Source: Octopus bimaculoides (Eukaryota). Taken from it: a stretch of 64,000 nt of DNA. The DNA lies in NCBI RefSeq assembly GCF_001194135.2, contig NC_068985.1:29462864-29526863 (forward strand). The letters are read 5' to 3'. The notes beneath the pieces are model-generated. The model had not been told where the DNA came from and ran no database searches. It worked only from the letters and a program-made list of their open reading frames with translations. Shown here in pieces: positions 12,101-24,010 of this stretch (positions within the stretch are counted from its first letter, which is position 1; each line of letters starts with the position of its first letter). Position numbers and translations under genes: made by a program.

Positions 12101-13318
12101 TATCTGTTGATGAAAGTAGCTGTCCATCTCTTAAGATTTATCTACTTTACATGTGACTAAATGATAGAAGTGTTGAATTAAAGACCTTGAAAAGTCATAG
12201 CCATCATTTCATGTTATTCAAAAAACTACTTGCCTTAGCCAACTAGAAACTTGCTGTCAATTAAGGGTTAACCAAAAACACGAACAGCATTCAATCTCTA
12301 CTAGAATGGGAAATATATGTTAAAACATTTTAAAAAGAAAAGCATTTATGCTTCATTATGTTTTACCAATAATCAATTAAAAAGCAACTTTAACAGAGGA
12401 ATGGCTGAATAATTAATCAGCCAGATTTATAATCCTGATTTCGAATCTAACCACATGCAGTACTTATTTTAATTATTTTAGTTTATCTAGCTGAAAAACT
12501 AGGTACCAATCCTACACCATAACAAAATGAATGTTTCTTCTATGGTCACCTTGCCATAAAAATACACATGAATATGTGAATTTGTGTCAATCGATCAAAA
12601 TTTATATCAGTATGGAAAATTAAACATGCAGTTATAAAGCAGATTTGCAATAAAAGCAAGTTTTGAAGTAAAACAAACTGATTTTCTTTTCAATCTCAAG
12701 AGAAATGAAAATGCTCATTATGCAATAGAATGCTGACTAGTTAGAAAGACACAACAGCAATTTTCCCACTATTTTCATATTCAACAATAATAGTATTATG
12801 TTTTATATTTTTTAAAAATTAATACAAGTCTTTAGCAAAGCTACTTAAGATACATAATTCAAAATTCTAATTTCATTAAAATATATAAATATTAGATGTT
12901 TTCTGCATTAAAATAAAAACTTTTTCTCAAAAATTTAAAATATACTTTAAAAAACATGATATTTAAGAAATGTTAAAAATATTTTTAAAGAAATATTTGC
13001 AACCTTTAAAATTAAACTGCAAATTTGTTATTCATAAATAATCTATATTGATGGTGTAAATAGCTATGCATCAATTTAAAATATTTTTCCGAAATAAATC
13101 ATCTGAATATAAAATTTTAGAAGATTTTTTGTTTCTTGACCACTGAATATACATGTTTTAGGCTCACATGCATTTAATACATGTCAAAAGACATGCAATT
13201 TCTAAGCATGTATTTAGGTATAAACATTTCTTCAATGAATGGCAAAATACATAAAATAACAATAAATATCAGAGTTAAAAAGATTAATTAGAGGAATGTA
13301 CCACACAAGGGGACTTAC

Positions 13319-13328
13319 CAGAAAAACA
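13319..13328 (-). CDS. Candidate 10-nt microexon TGTTTTTCTG
   Basis: Minus strand reads tgcatgatttatcttgttctcttgtccag|TGTTTTTCTG|gtaagt; strong acceptor and donor with an upstream TGCATG. Confidence 0.35.
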
Positions 13329-13551
13329 CTGGACAAGAGAACAAGATAAATCATGCATTTCAATGAAGAGAATAGTTTTATATTCTATTAATCAAACTGA
13401 AATCAAACAAGTAAGGGGGGAATTTGGTTTGGATGCACTCCTAGAAGGGTCAATGAAGGACTACAAAGAGTGAAAGCCTATTGAACAGAATACCACTGCA
13501 AAAATGTTTGGAAACAGGGAGCAGGGAGGACGCCAACTTCAGCAAACTTAC

Positions 13552-13596
13552 CATGGTGTGGGCGGTGTCACTATCAGTAATGGTTCACACACAGAA
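13552..13596 (-). CDS. Probable 45-nt internal exon of an unidentified host gene (peptide SVCEPLLIVTPPTP, phase 2-2)
   Basis: aatttttgattttcctttctctag|TTCTGT...CACACCATG|gtaagt: consensus acceptor and donor, length a multiple of 3, only one open frame, GC-richer than flanks. Protein not recognised. Confidence 0.55.
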
Positions 13597-13850
13597 CTAG
13601 AGAAAGGAAAATCAAAAATTTGGCAAAAATATAATGCTTATTTAAAAGAAAATTTTAAATTAACAACAGAAAAGATGTGTAATGTAAACTTATCTGAGAG
13701 AAATGGAAACAAACTGAAATAAATTTCATTGTATTTTGTGCAGATTAGGTTCTTCAAAGGACCTTCATTAAAGAAAAATAATGTAAAGAAATAATAAAAA
13801 AAGCCTACTCTGACAAGAACCCTCACAAAGGTTTTGTCACATTTCCTTTA

Positions 13851-13853
13851 CCT
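13851..13853 (-). CDS. Candidate 3-nt microexon AAG
   Basis: Minus strand reads aatgcattttttattaaag|AAG|gtaagg, with TGC just upstream of the acceptor. An alternative 22-nt form from the cacag acceptor has a stop in the required frame. Confidence 0.2.
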
Positions 13854-14819
13854 TCTTTAATAAAAAATGCATTCTGTGTTTACAAGCAAAAAAGTTTAAA
13901 GATAAAAATCCAACACCTCTAGATCTGAATTCAAAGAGAAACAAAGGAGTTTAGATCCATATACATTCTAATAAAAATTGATTTTGAAGTTCATGAAAGC
14001 AATTTCCTTAACAAACTGAAAGCAGCAAAATGTTAAGATATGCTTATAAAAGAGATCATCCACATACATGTTTTAACAAATCTACATCTTTATTAGCAAA
14101 ACCATATATATTTTTGATACCATTCAGTTATATAAGAAATAAGCAAGTATAGAAAGAAAGCTTTATAAATATTTTTGACAGATACATCATCATCATTTTC
14201 TAGTCTATCAGGAATCAGACTGGCCAATATGAAAGTGCAACCCCAACTGTCTCTAGCTTGTGAGGCCCAAGTTTTTAAAGCCTAATCTGTCATTCCAAAT
14301 ATTCCTTGGTTTAGCTCTTTTCTATCTACTCTGTACTAATAACTTGTGGGACTACCTTATCAAATACACAACATCCATATGCATTTATATCCCTAGTAGT
14401 TTCTCTCTGGACAAACTGACTAATGTTTAGAAACCCAGTTGTTTCCCACCAACTACCTTATGGTTAGTTTTAGACGTTTATATTTGTATGATTTGTGGAT
14501 ACAATTTAAAAGAGCAGAAATTTAATTTGGAGTAGCCCATTAACCTCAGGCTAATAAATTTAATTACAAAATACAACATACTAAGTTCTTTTGAAACTCA
14601 GTGAAATATCAAAAATTCTAATATAGTTTTCTCATACACAAACATACCTAACAATAAGTACACATATAATGTATGACAAAGGACTGCTGTTTTTGGTGAA
14701 GAAAGTCTATCCAACCTATAAAAGCATTAAAAAAAAATGGTTATAAAATGGTGATGGTACTAGTAATGACAGCAGTAGTTGGAATCAATATTGTCTACAT
14801 TTGGAAATCTCCCAACTAT

Positions 14820-15998
14820 TATGAACTTTAGCTGAAATATTTGTACACTGACCAAGACACTCTCACGGAATGGGACAAAATGAGATTTATTTTCCAAAAC
14901 AGACCCCTTCTTCCACAGGTGCTGCAGTACTTGGATCCTATTGGCGAAGAAGCTTTCATCCTGTTGGTCATGAAAGTCATCAACAGTAGACATGACATCA
15001 TCATCACAGCAATACTGATTCCCAGCCAAGTGTTTTTTCATGTTGGGGGATAGATGACAATCAGATGGGGCCAAATCAAGAGAATATGGATCAACCAGTT
15101 CAAATCCACAGTCACATACAGCAGCCATGAGCATTGTCCTGATCAAACAAGACCCCTTTCATCAGTTTTCTTGGGTCTTGATAACCTTTCATGACTGCCT
15201 CAGCAAGTTAGTATACTACTCTCCATTGATGGTGTGGTCCTTTTGATGATAATCAATAAACACAATGCCTTTTGCATCCCAAAAAACTGAGGCCATCACC
15301 TTCCCTGCAGATGACACGACCTTGGCCTTGTTCGGAGCAGGTGAGGAGAAGTGTTTCCACTGCGTGGATTGTCTTTTTGTCTCTGGCTCAAAGTGATGGC
15401 CTCAACACTTATCCTGGGTTAGGAAATGGTTGAGAAAAGCAGCTGGAACTACTTCAAACAATGTCAGATTTTCCTGTGACGTGACCAGGCTGGTGTGCTT
15501 GTGACCAGGTGTCAGAAAATGTGGCATCTACAGAGCAAAAACCTCCATCATACCAAGTTCCTTGTTCAGAATATTCTCAACTCTTCCATGGGATATATTA
15601 ATAGCATTGGCTATTTGATTTATGTTTTCCTTAGTAGTGGCAGCTGCAGGATGTCCAAACCTTGGGTCATATTCAAGATTCTCCCTTCCCCTCCTAAGTT
15701 CAGCTGCCCTCTTTTGTACTGTTGATAAAGCTGGACCATCATCCCCTAATGTAGCATGCACGTCATCATGGATGTCCTTGGGGGCTAAACCCTTTTTCTG
15801 CAGGTACTTAATAACACCATGATGCCGAATTTCATCTATTTTCAAGATAAATCACTACCAGTTACTTTTGAAGTCTTCTTTGAACAGTCAGATGTCAGTT
15901 TACCTGGAACAAAACAATTCAATTACTAATAAGAAGAGCTGAAATTAATGCAAGTAACCTTTCACAGGTGTAGTATCACATTTTAGCCCACCTTCATA
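14820..15998 (-). mobile_element. Decayed mariner (DD34D) transposon, near full length
   Basis: N-terminal HTH region (VIKYLQKKGLAPKDIH...LSTVQKRAAELRRGRENLEYDPRFGHP), WDAKGIVFIDY-like catalytic region and YSLDLAPSDCHL motif; TIR remnants tatgaaggtgggctaaaa (right end) and tatgaactttagctgaaa (left end). Confidence 0.9.
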
Positions 15999-16189
15999 TA
16001 TTCTTGCTAAATCCCCATATACCACTCTACTCCTCTAGCATCAATCACTTACTCACCACTCCTACCCATATTCCTCCTTACTATTACTATTTCTCTCCAA
16101 CCATGCAGTATGTGTAACAAAGGATCACATCATATTAGATTTGTCTATACACAATCCTCCGTACCATTACCCATTCTTTATTGGTAACT

Positions 16190-16190
16190 A

Positions 16191-16243
<53 letters not shown>

Positions 16244-16500
16244 TTCTACCCCTATTGCTCCTTGTTGACCATCATCATCTTATTCTCTCACCATTAACCA
16301 TCTTCAAAGCTGTCTCTCACTCACACACACACACACTACACCTTTCTCTATCACGCATTATTGACATCCATCACTCTCTCTCTCCCTCACCTCCAACATT
16401 CTCTCAAACTTACATAACTCACTTTTCTATCACTACCTCTCTCCTCTCACTCTTTCTCACTCCCTCTTCTATCCTCCTCTTATTTCTGTCTCTTCTCCAT
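16190..16500. repeat. (CT)n and degenerate pyrimidine-rich tract
   Basis: Direct inspection. Confidence 0.85.
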
Positions 16501-17789
16501 CACACCATGCATGCTATTTCTGTTCAATCTCCCTATCAAGAATTATTATATAGCTTCCTTTACTACCAACTCACTTACTTTCTTGCCTCAATGAAATGCA
16601 TCCAGTACATTCAGTAAAGTAGTTGGCAAATGAACAGAAATAATGCAGGGTGGAGAAGAGACTTCAGTCTTCCTGAGGACATATCAAACTTTCTGTGCTA
16701 GTATCGCAATAAAATGTACCCAGTACACATTGTAGAATGCTTGGCAATAGGAAAGACATCCTGTCATAGAAACTATACAGAAAAAGTGAAATGCATAAGC
16801 AAGATTTGATCCCAGAACTTTCCAGGAAAGCAGTGACTCAGAAAATTTTTCATGTCTTTTTCCAACAAAAAAAATTATTTTTCCAAATGAACCAAACTAA
16901 ATAATCACTGGATATCATTAATGATATTATTACTGTTACTTTAATTAATGGAAAAATTAACTCATAATCAACACACAAAAACATCCACTCACCCCCACCC
17001 CCCTTCTCTCTCTCTCACTCTCACACACACACACAAACTCATACAAAAGTCTTCTCAAACAATTTTGGTGAATTCTGAAGCTAAGCAGCCACTGAATAGC
17101 TAACTGAAAGTCTATCAGTCATTTAATGAGAAAAATGGACAATTTATTGCAGTTGATAAAAAGTTTGACCTCTTTTGACCTGTCATCAAATCAACTATCC
17201 CAGAAAATACCTCTTCATTCCTGTAATTTTAATTTTTTTTTTTTTTTAATTTCCTTCTCTAGCCAGCTCTCTCAAAATCTCATACATGCTTCGTTTTAAA
17301 ATTCACCACACATTCATATAGATTCAAAATGATAAAGAACATGCTTTTTCCTAAACCCAAGAAAACAAATATATATGAAAGGAAAAAATTTTCACCAGCC
17401 CACAATTGATGATGCATTCTTGGAATGGATGAAAGCACTCAATAAAGAGTGTTTATCTAAACTCTGATTACCTTCTTTTATTAATATATATTCTTTACGA
17501 GTTTCAGCTCAAGAGCTGCAGTCATGCTGGGGCACTGCCATTTAAAAAAAACTGGCACCTCATCGGTTATGAGTGTAGGGTGTAGAAAATGTACCTCAAC
17601 ACAAATTTAGTCCGATCTATGCAAGAATGGTGGACAGTAATATGATTATATATATATATATATATATATAAATAAAGAGAGAGAGAAAGAAAGAGAAGTT
17701 GAGAGAGAAAGAGAGGGGGAGAGAGAGAGAGAGGACCAAGAATACAGGGGACAAGGTGGTAAAGCATGATCTTCAGAGATTGAGCCGCA

Positions 17790-18060
17790 CAGAAGTGATG
17801 ACAAATGATCGAAACCTTTAGCGATTTGTTGTGCTTAAGAAGACATGTCAAGCCAAATGAAATCATAGCTGTGGCCAGTGCCGGTGACATGTAAAAGCAC
17901 TCATGCCAGTGGCACATAACAGGCACCCACTACACTCTTGGAGTGGTTGGCATCAGGAAGGGCATCCAGCATTAAGAAACCAAGCCAAATCAGACTGCAG
18001 CCTGGTACAGCTTTCTGGCTTACAAGTTCCAGTCAAACTGTCTAATCCAAGCCACCATGG
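17790..18060 (+). mobile_element. SINE family C copy
   Basis: aagaagacatgtcaagccaaatgaaatc...ggcacccactacactcttggagtggttggcatcaggaagggcatccagc...caagccaccatggaaa. Confidence 0.8.
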
Positions 18061-18099
18061 AAAATGGGTGCTGATAATTATATATATATATATATATTG

Positions 18100-18615
18100 T
18101 TTGAGAAGACCCAGCAACCCAGATGAGATTGTAGCCATGGCCAATGTCAGTGTTGCATAACTGGCCCATTTAAAAGTATCCTTCAAATTGTCAGGCAATA
18201 TACTGAGCTTGAGAAGACCTGTTCAGTCAAGTGAAATCGTTGTTGTGGCTGATGCCAGTGCCGCCTGACTGGCATCCGTGCTGGTGGCACATAAAAAGTA
18301 CCATTCAAATGTAGCTGATGCCAGTGCCAGTGGCATGTAAAAAGCATCATTCGAGCATGGTCAATGTCAGTGCCACGTAAAAGGTACAATTTGAGCGTGG
18401 TCGATGCCAGTTTCGCCTGACTGGCCCCCATGCTGGTGGCATGTAAAAAGCACCCACTACACTCTCGGAGTGGTTGGCGTTAGGAAGAGTATCCAGCTGT
18501 AGAAACCTTGCTAGAACAGATTGGAGCCTGGTGTAGCCTCCTGGCTTGCCAGTTTTCAGTCAAACCATCCAACCCATGCCAGCATGGACAGCAAACATTA
18601 AATGATGATGATGAT
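18100..18615 (+). mobile_element. SINE family C copy with an internal array of gccagtg...ggcacgtaaaaagcacc modules and (GAT)n tail
   Basis: The module recurs 4-5 times at 18250-18455, followed by the standard 3' end and atgatgatgatg. Confidence 0.85.
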
Positions 18616-19910
18616 AATATATATATAGAGGGTAAAGGGTAAAAGATATATGTATATATATAAACATGCATATTCACAGAAAAATATTCATATATTTACA
18701 TTCACCACATATAGGCAATCTTTCCCTTGCAACAGATCTTATGAAATATTGCTTAGTCACATAAATAAATCATAAAAATCTGATGAAGAGAAAACATTAG
18801 TGAATGACTGAGAGAAAGAAAAAGAAACAAGAATGTTCAAATAAAGTGAAGCCTAAATATTATATTACAAACTTTCAATAGAATGTTATTATATTTATTT
18901 AACCATGATATTGCATATGCCAGACAAAAAAGTCATAAAGCACCAGTTGTGGACCAAGTGTCACAGGTTTTGCATACCCGATTTACACAAAATACATGCT
19001 TTCATAAATGCATACTTATGTCACAATATACATATACACTAGTCATGACAGTATGGACATTAAACGATGATGATGATACACATGCAGGTACACATATACA
19101 TACATGTGCACATGAGAATGTAGATCAGGGACTTTGTTCTATTGACCATTCAACAAAGTTGTATTCAATAAAAGAGTATTATGTGTGTGTGTGTATTTGT
19201 GAAAAAAGAGTGAAATAGTCACTGTTCTTTATTTACTGACAATAAACAATGACCTCTGATGAGAACTTATATAAAGCAGAAACAGCTGAATATATAATGA
19301 TATAATATCGACAATATTGATCTGAAATGTCTGGGATAATTATAATTTATCTAGCAAAAGCAATATTAGATGTTTAAATTACAACTGTCATTATCATCTT
19401 CTTCCAAATCTATGTTAATTCAACATGTTTTGCTTACATATACATGAATTTGTACAAGATTTTTATCTTTTTTGGTTGGGAAAATATGAATTGGAAAAAA
19501 AAATCTTTCCAAATATCCAAACTTTAAGTTATTTCTTCTTTAAGCTATACGATCAAATTTATATCCAACTCAAAACAGAAATATTTCTCAGTTACTTCTT
19601 CCATCAATCATCAATCAGAATGATTAATAAATTACTGGTGCATTAACAGTATTTTGTTTCAAGGCTATGCTGTACTATAGAATATATCTATAAATTTACA
19701 ATCAACACTAGATTTTATAGATAGAAGTAAACAACTTATCTTTACATACAATATTTTCATGTACAGAAAAAAAAAGGATGAACCAGATTGCTTTAAGATT
19801 TTTTCGGTGACCAAGTTCTCTTTAATATTTTTAACTGTCTATGAAGACACTGCTTATAAACCCACCTTTACTTAGGGTTTCTACAAATCAGACAGACTGA
19901 TTAGTATATA

Positions 19911-20126
19911 TACAGGGTGTCCACAAAGTCAAGGTACATGGGGATTAACACCTACTTTAAGAAATTATTATTTCTTATATTTAATTGTTTATGTTATGAT
20001 TTTATTTATTTCATGTACCCACATGGAGATTAACACATACTTTAAGAAATTATTATTTCTTATATTTAATTGTTTATGTTATGATTTTATTTACTCCATG
20101 TACCCAGACCTTGTGGACACCCTGTA
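19911..20126. mobile_element. Tc1/mariner-type MITE with internal ~85-bp tandem duplication
   Basis: TA-flanked TIRs CAGGGTGTCCACAA(A/G)GTC..GGTACATG; the AT-rich core is present twice in tandem. Confidence 0.85.
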
Positions 20127-20469
20127 TATTGCATTCTTGCAACTAGTTCAATTAATTAAATATTAGTACATTATGAATTTTATTTCAATGGTACTGATTT
20201 GCAAATGTAATTTGCATTACATAGAATACTCAGTCATCAATAAAATCTCAACATAGGAATGAAACTATTCTAGCTGATCTCTCTTTTTCTTTCCATGAAG
20301 ATATTTTATATAAAGATAAGATGTTTACATCAGTCTATTATACTATTAAATAGTGTCGGTTAAAATTTACAGATATATTCTGTGGTACAGTAGAGTATGG
20401 AAACAAGATATTATTAACACACTATTGTGTGTGTGTGTGTGCATGCACGTGCACATATGCAAGTGTGCA

Positions 20470-20502
<33 letters not shown>

Positions 20503-20566
20503 NNNNNNNNNNTAACATACAAAAATAAGAGGAATGACCAGCAAAAGTGGACTCCTATATGCAATA

Positions 20567-20697
20567 TACAGGGTGTCGACAAGGTCTGGGTACATGAAGT
20601 AAATAAAATCATAACATAAACAATTAAATATAAGAAATAATAGTTTCTTGAAGTAGGTGTTAATGCCCATGTATCCAGACTTTGTGGACACCCTGTA
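20567..20697. mobile_element. Same MITE family, single core, opposite orientation
   Basis: TA|CAGGGTGTCGACAAGGTCTGGGTACATG ... CATGTATCCAGACTTTGTGGACACCCTG|TA. Confidence 0.85.
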
Positions 20698-20829
20698 TAT
20701 ATATACTAATCAGTCTGTCTAATTTGTAGAAACCCTAAGTAAAGGTGGGTTTATAAGCAGTGTCTTCATAGACTGTTAAAAATATTAAAGAGAACTGGTT
20801 TTAATTGATTAATATCAATTTCTACCCTT

Positions 20830-20880
<51 letters not shown>

Positions 20881-21109
20881 AAATACCAATGGCCTTATAT
20901 CCAGCATTTTTCTCATTACATTTGTATTTATCTTACTTTTTTATTGGTGGCATCTGCAGGTTTTCTGCCTTTACTACATGTAACACTACTCATGACCAAG
21001 CAATGTACGTCTGTTTTCGTAACAAAATACACACACCATAAACATCAATATTTTAGCATTTTTCTTAAAACTGATCTAGTTAAGAGGAATAGGGTAGCAA
21101 CAACATATA

Positions 21110-21400
21110 TCCAGATACTCTGAAGTAATATTCCGAGGTCAGTCCAATCTATTTCTTCTCAATATTTATTTTGGTCTCACTCTACCAGGATACAGCAAGA
21201 AGCTAATACCCACCCAGTATGCAGTACCCACTGACATTCCTCACATTTCTTCTTCATTCAATGTCAGAGCAATAACATCATCTATTGAAAGGCAAGAGCC
21301 AGCAATGAAACTTAGAAACATTTTACCAGCTCTCCCTTGGATTACTTGTTACCCTTGCAGACCAGACCCTTACTAGCTCCCTTGAATTTGGGACTATAAC
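21110..21400 (-). mobile_element. Decayed RTE LINE C-terminal remnant
   Basis: Minus-strand translation resembles the RTE post-RT region (GRPK-type motif); related to 55080-55195. Confidence 0.45.
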
Positions 21401-21424
21401 CTCATCATGTTAGAGTTTATGTTA

Positions 21425-21575
21425 AGCAAAGGCATGGCTGTGTGGTTGAGAACTTTGCTTCCCATTTACATGGTTTGGGGTTCCATCTTACAGCACAGCA
21501 CCTCGAGTAAGTGTCCAACCCCAGGTCAACCAAAGCCTAGTGAATGGATTTAGTAAGTGGAAACTGAAAGAAGCC
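21425..21575 (+). mobile_element. SINE family A, 5' part
   Basis: ggcatggctgtgtggttgagaactttgcttccc...ggaaactgaaagaagccc. Confidence 0.8.
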
Positions 21576-21852
21576 CCTATTTAGAACTTTACATGTATTG
21601 TTATACATCAAAAGAGAAAACTATGAAAAGAACTCATAATTCAAGTTTCTTTTCACTGGTCTCCATAGTTTGATCATAGATTACATATAAAGAAAATAAA
21701 ACTGGAGAATCTCATAAGTGTCTATCAGGTTTCCCTTAAATAACTGACATTACTATTAATGAAATATATGCATGATGACATAACTAAATAATGATGAAAA
21801 TTACAATTTGTAAATCTCTCAACGAAAGATATTCAGCAACAGTACTCTAGAG

Positions 21853-22091
21853 TAAAGATTATTTGCCAACATAACATGGCAGTCCTGGTTTAGGACAAAT
21901 GTTGCTGTAATTTAGCCCCAGGAGGCATCGTCTCCAGCTGGCTATATGACATGATCTGTGTCCTTTGTTTGAAAATATAAAGACACAGATCATGTTGTAT
22001 AGCCAACTGGAGATGATGTCTCCTGGGGCTAAATTACAGCAACATTTGTCCTAAACCAGGACTGCCATGTTATGTTGGCAAATAATCTTTA
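21853..22091. mobile_element. Palindromic foldback/MITE-like element (239 bp)
   Basis: Arms of ~113 bp around a ~12-nt loop; outer 72 bp perfectly complementary, inner part with about 6 transitions; TA at both ends. Confidence 0.85.
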
Positions 22092-23013
22092 TGACTAAAT
22101 AACTTATGAACTGATTTTTTTTGTTTTTGTCTTTTGTTTTGTGCATGTATGTGTGTGTGTGGTTACACTTATGATCCCTTGTCCAAAAGTGTAGTGGGCA
22201 GTGTGGTCAGTTTCACTAGTTAGGAAATTGTCAGGGTACTTCCTGTTTTCAAAGCCGTGTTGAATAAGTGACCCCTACGTGAAAAACAAGTAAGGATTAG
22301 CATCAGGAAAGGCATCTGACTGTACAACAATGCCTCAAATAACATATCAATCCAACCCAATTGAGCATGGAAAAACAGTTGTAATACAAACAGAACTAAT
22401 CCGGTTATTTTTCTGCATATGTCAACCAATACTTTTTATACATTCTCAATTAATTTCTTTATATACATCAGTTTCTTAAAGCTCTATCAACAACACTGAA
22501 GTTCCATCACTATGCTTGCATTGATTCAAACAGGTAAATTTAGTTAGCCCTATTATAATAGCTGCACACTAGTACATTTAATGTGATTAGTATTGAATCA
22601 ATGTAACAGAGAACAGGCATCATATTTAGTAGGTATATTTACTGTAGTACCCACTCCTTTCCTGTAAACTAAACAGCCACTTTCCTATTAATCTCATGCT
22701 GTGCTTTTTTAATAGGAACTAATTTTAACTTGCTTTTTTTTTTCGTTCAGCAATTTTTAGTGCAAAGCCATATATAAATATATATGTGCATGTATGTGTG
22801 TTAATGTCAATAATGTACACCTAAATATAAATGAAACAAGTACAAAGAGACTTCATATTTTAAACTGTGTGAAATGTACGGGAGACAAGGAAAGTGCAAG
22901 ACAGAAAAGGAGAAAGAGAGTGCGTGCGTGCGTGCGTGCGTGTGTGTGGACACATTCATGCGCACATGAGTCTTTTCAAAGGTGATATCTTAAATAGCTT
23001 GGGAGTAGCTTCA

Positions 23014-23101
23014 NNNNNNNNNNNNNNNNNNNNNNNNNNNNNNNNNNNNNNNNNNNNNNNNNNNNNNNNNNNNNNNNNNNNNNNNNNNNNNNNNNNNNNN
23101 N
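23014..23101. other. Assembly gap with duplicated flanks
   Basis: N run; 22920-23013 is repeated at 23102-23207. Confidence 0.95.
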
Positions 23102-23102
23102 G

Positions 23103-23134
<32 letters not shown>

Positions 23135-23904
23135 TGTGTGTGGACACATTCATGCGCACATGAGTCTTTTCAAAGGTGATATCTTAAATAGCTTGGGAGT
23201 AGCTTCATACATTATTAACAAGCTTCAATTCTACGATTCTGTTATTTGCAGCTTGCATGATGCAAGTTAAGGGCTGTTATAGAAATACCCTGGGTGTAGT
23301 ATATACATTTTATAATCTTAACAACACAGTACTAGTATGGAACCAACACTGGCATAAAGTTTTGAAGGGGGATGTAATTTGCTAATATTTTAAAAAATGG
23401 GTTGTGATTTTATTTGAAAGATTTTGAGATGTTACACATTAAGGTCTGAACAGTGGTTTCGTGAAGGAGGAATAAAATGAAAATGTGAATGAGACACGGG
23501 CGATTGGATAAGGTTGATGAAGATATGACTAAGATAATAGGATGAATGAAAGTGGAATAAGAAAGTGATTATGTTGTAGTCATTTGATCGATTCATCCAC
23601 AAGAGATAACAGTAATGGTTTACACAAATGAGAAAAAGTACACTAAGCATATACAAGGAAAAGGTAGCCAAGGCAGTAAGTAGTTCAAAGGAGTCATTGG
23701 CTCAAATTATCAGATTACATATTAGAAATTTAGAACTTATAGTTGATATGACAGAAGAGGGTAATGCATTTCTAACCTATAAAAGATAGAAGAAAGAGAA
23801 TTTAACTGGTGATACTAATAACAATATAGGAGGCAGTAGTAAAACAGAAACAGCTTTAAGTGTTTTAATACATACATATACATACTCTCAAATACACATG
23901 CATA

Positions 23905-24010
23905 CACATGTGTACACATATGTATGTGTGTGTGCATGTGTATGTACACATATGTATGCGTGTGTGCATGTGTATGTACACATGTATGCATGTGTGCATG
24001 TGTATGTAAA
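23905..24010. repeat. Degenerate ~30-32-bp minisatellite (tgtgtatgtacacatatgtatgcgtgtgtgca)
   Basis: About 3.5 tandem units. Confidence 0.8.

Noticed and set aside
18250-18455. Repeat-spacer-like array resembling CRISPR
   Set aside because: Degenerate internal SINE modules with irregular spacing in a eukaryotic context, and no cas genes.
19215-19290. Hammerhead-like core CTGATGA...GAAAC
   Set aside because: Stem II lacks the closing G-C pair and stem I cannot form. The other CTGATGA hits (1596, 18780, 28845) lack GAAA or stems.
22920-23207. ~95-bp direct repeat on either side of an N gap
   Set aside because: Identical copies flanking a gap are typical of unmerged contig overlap.
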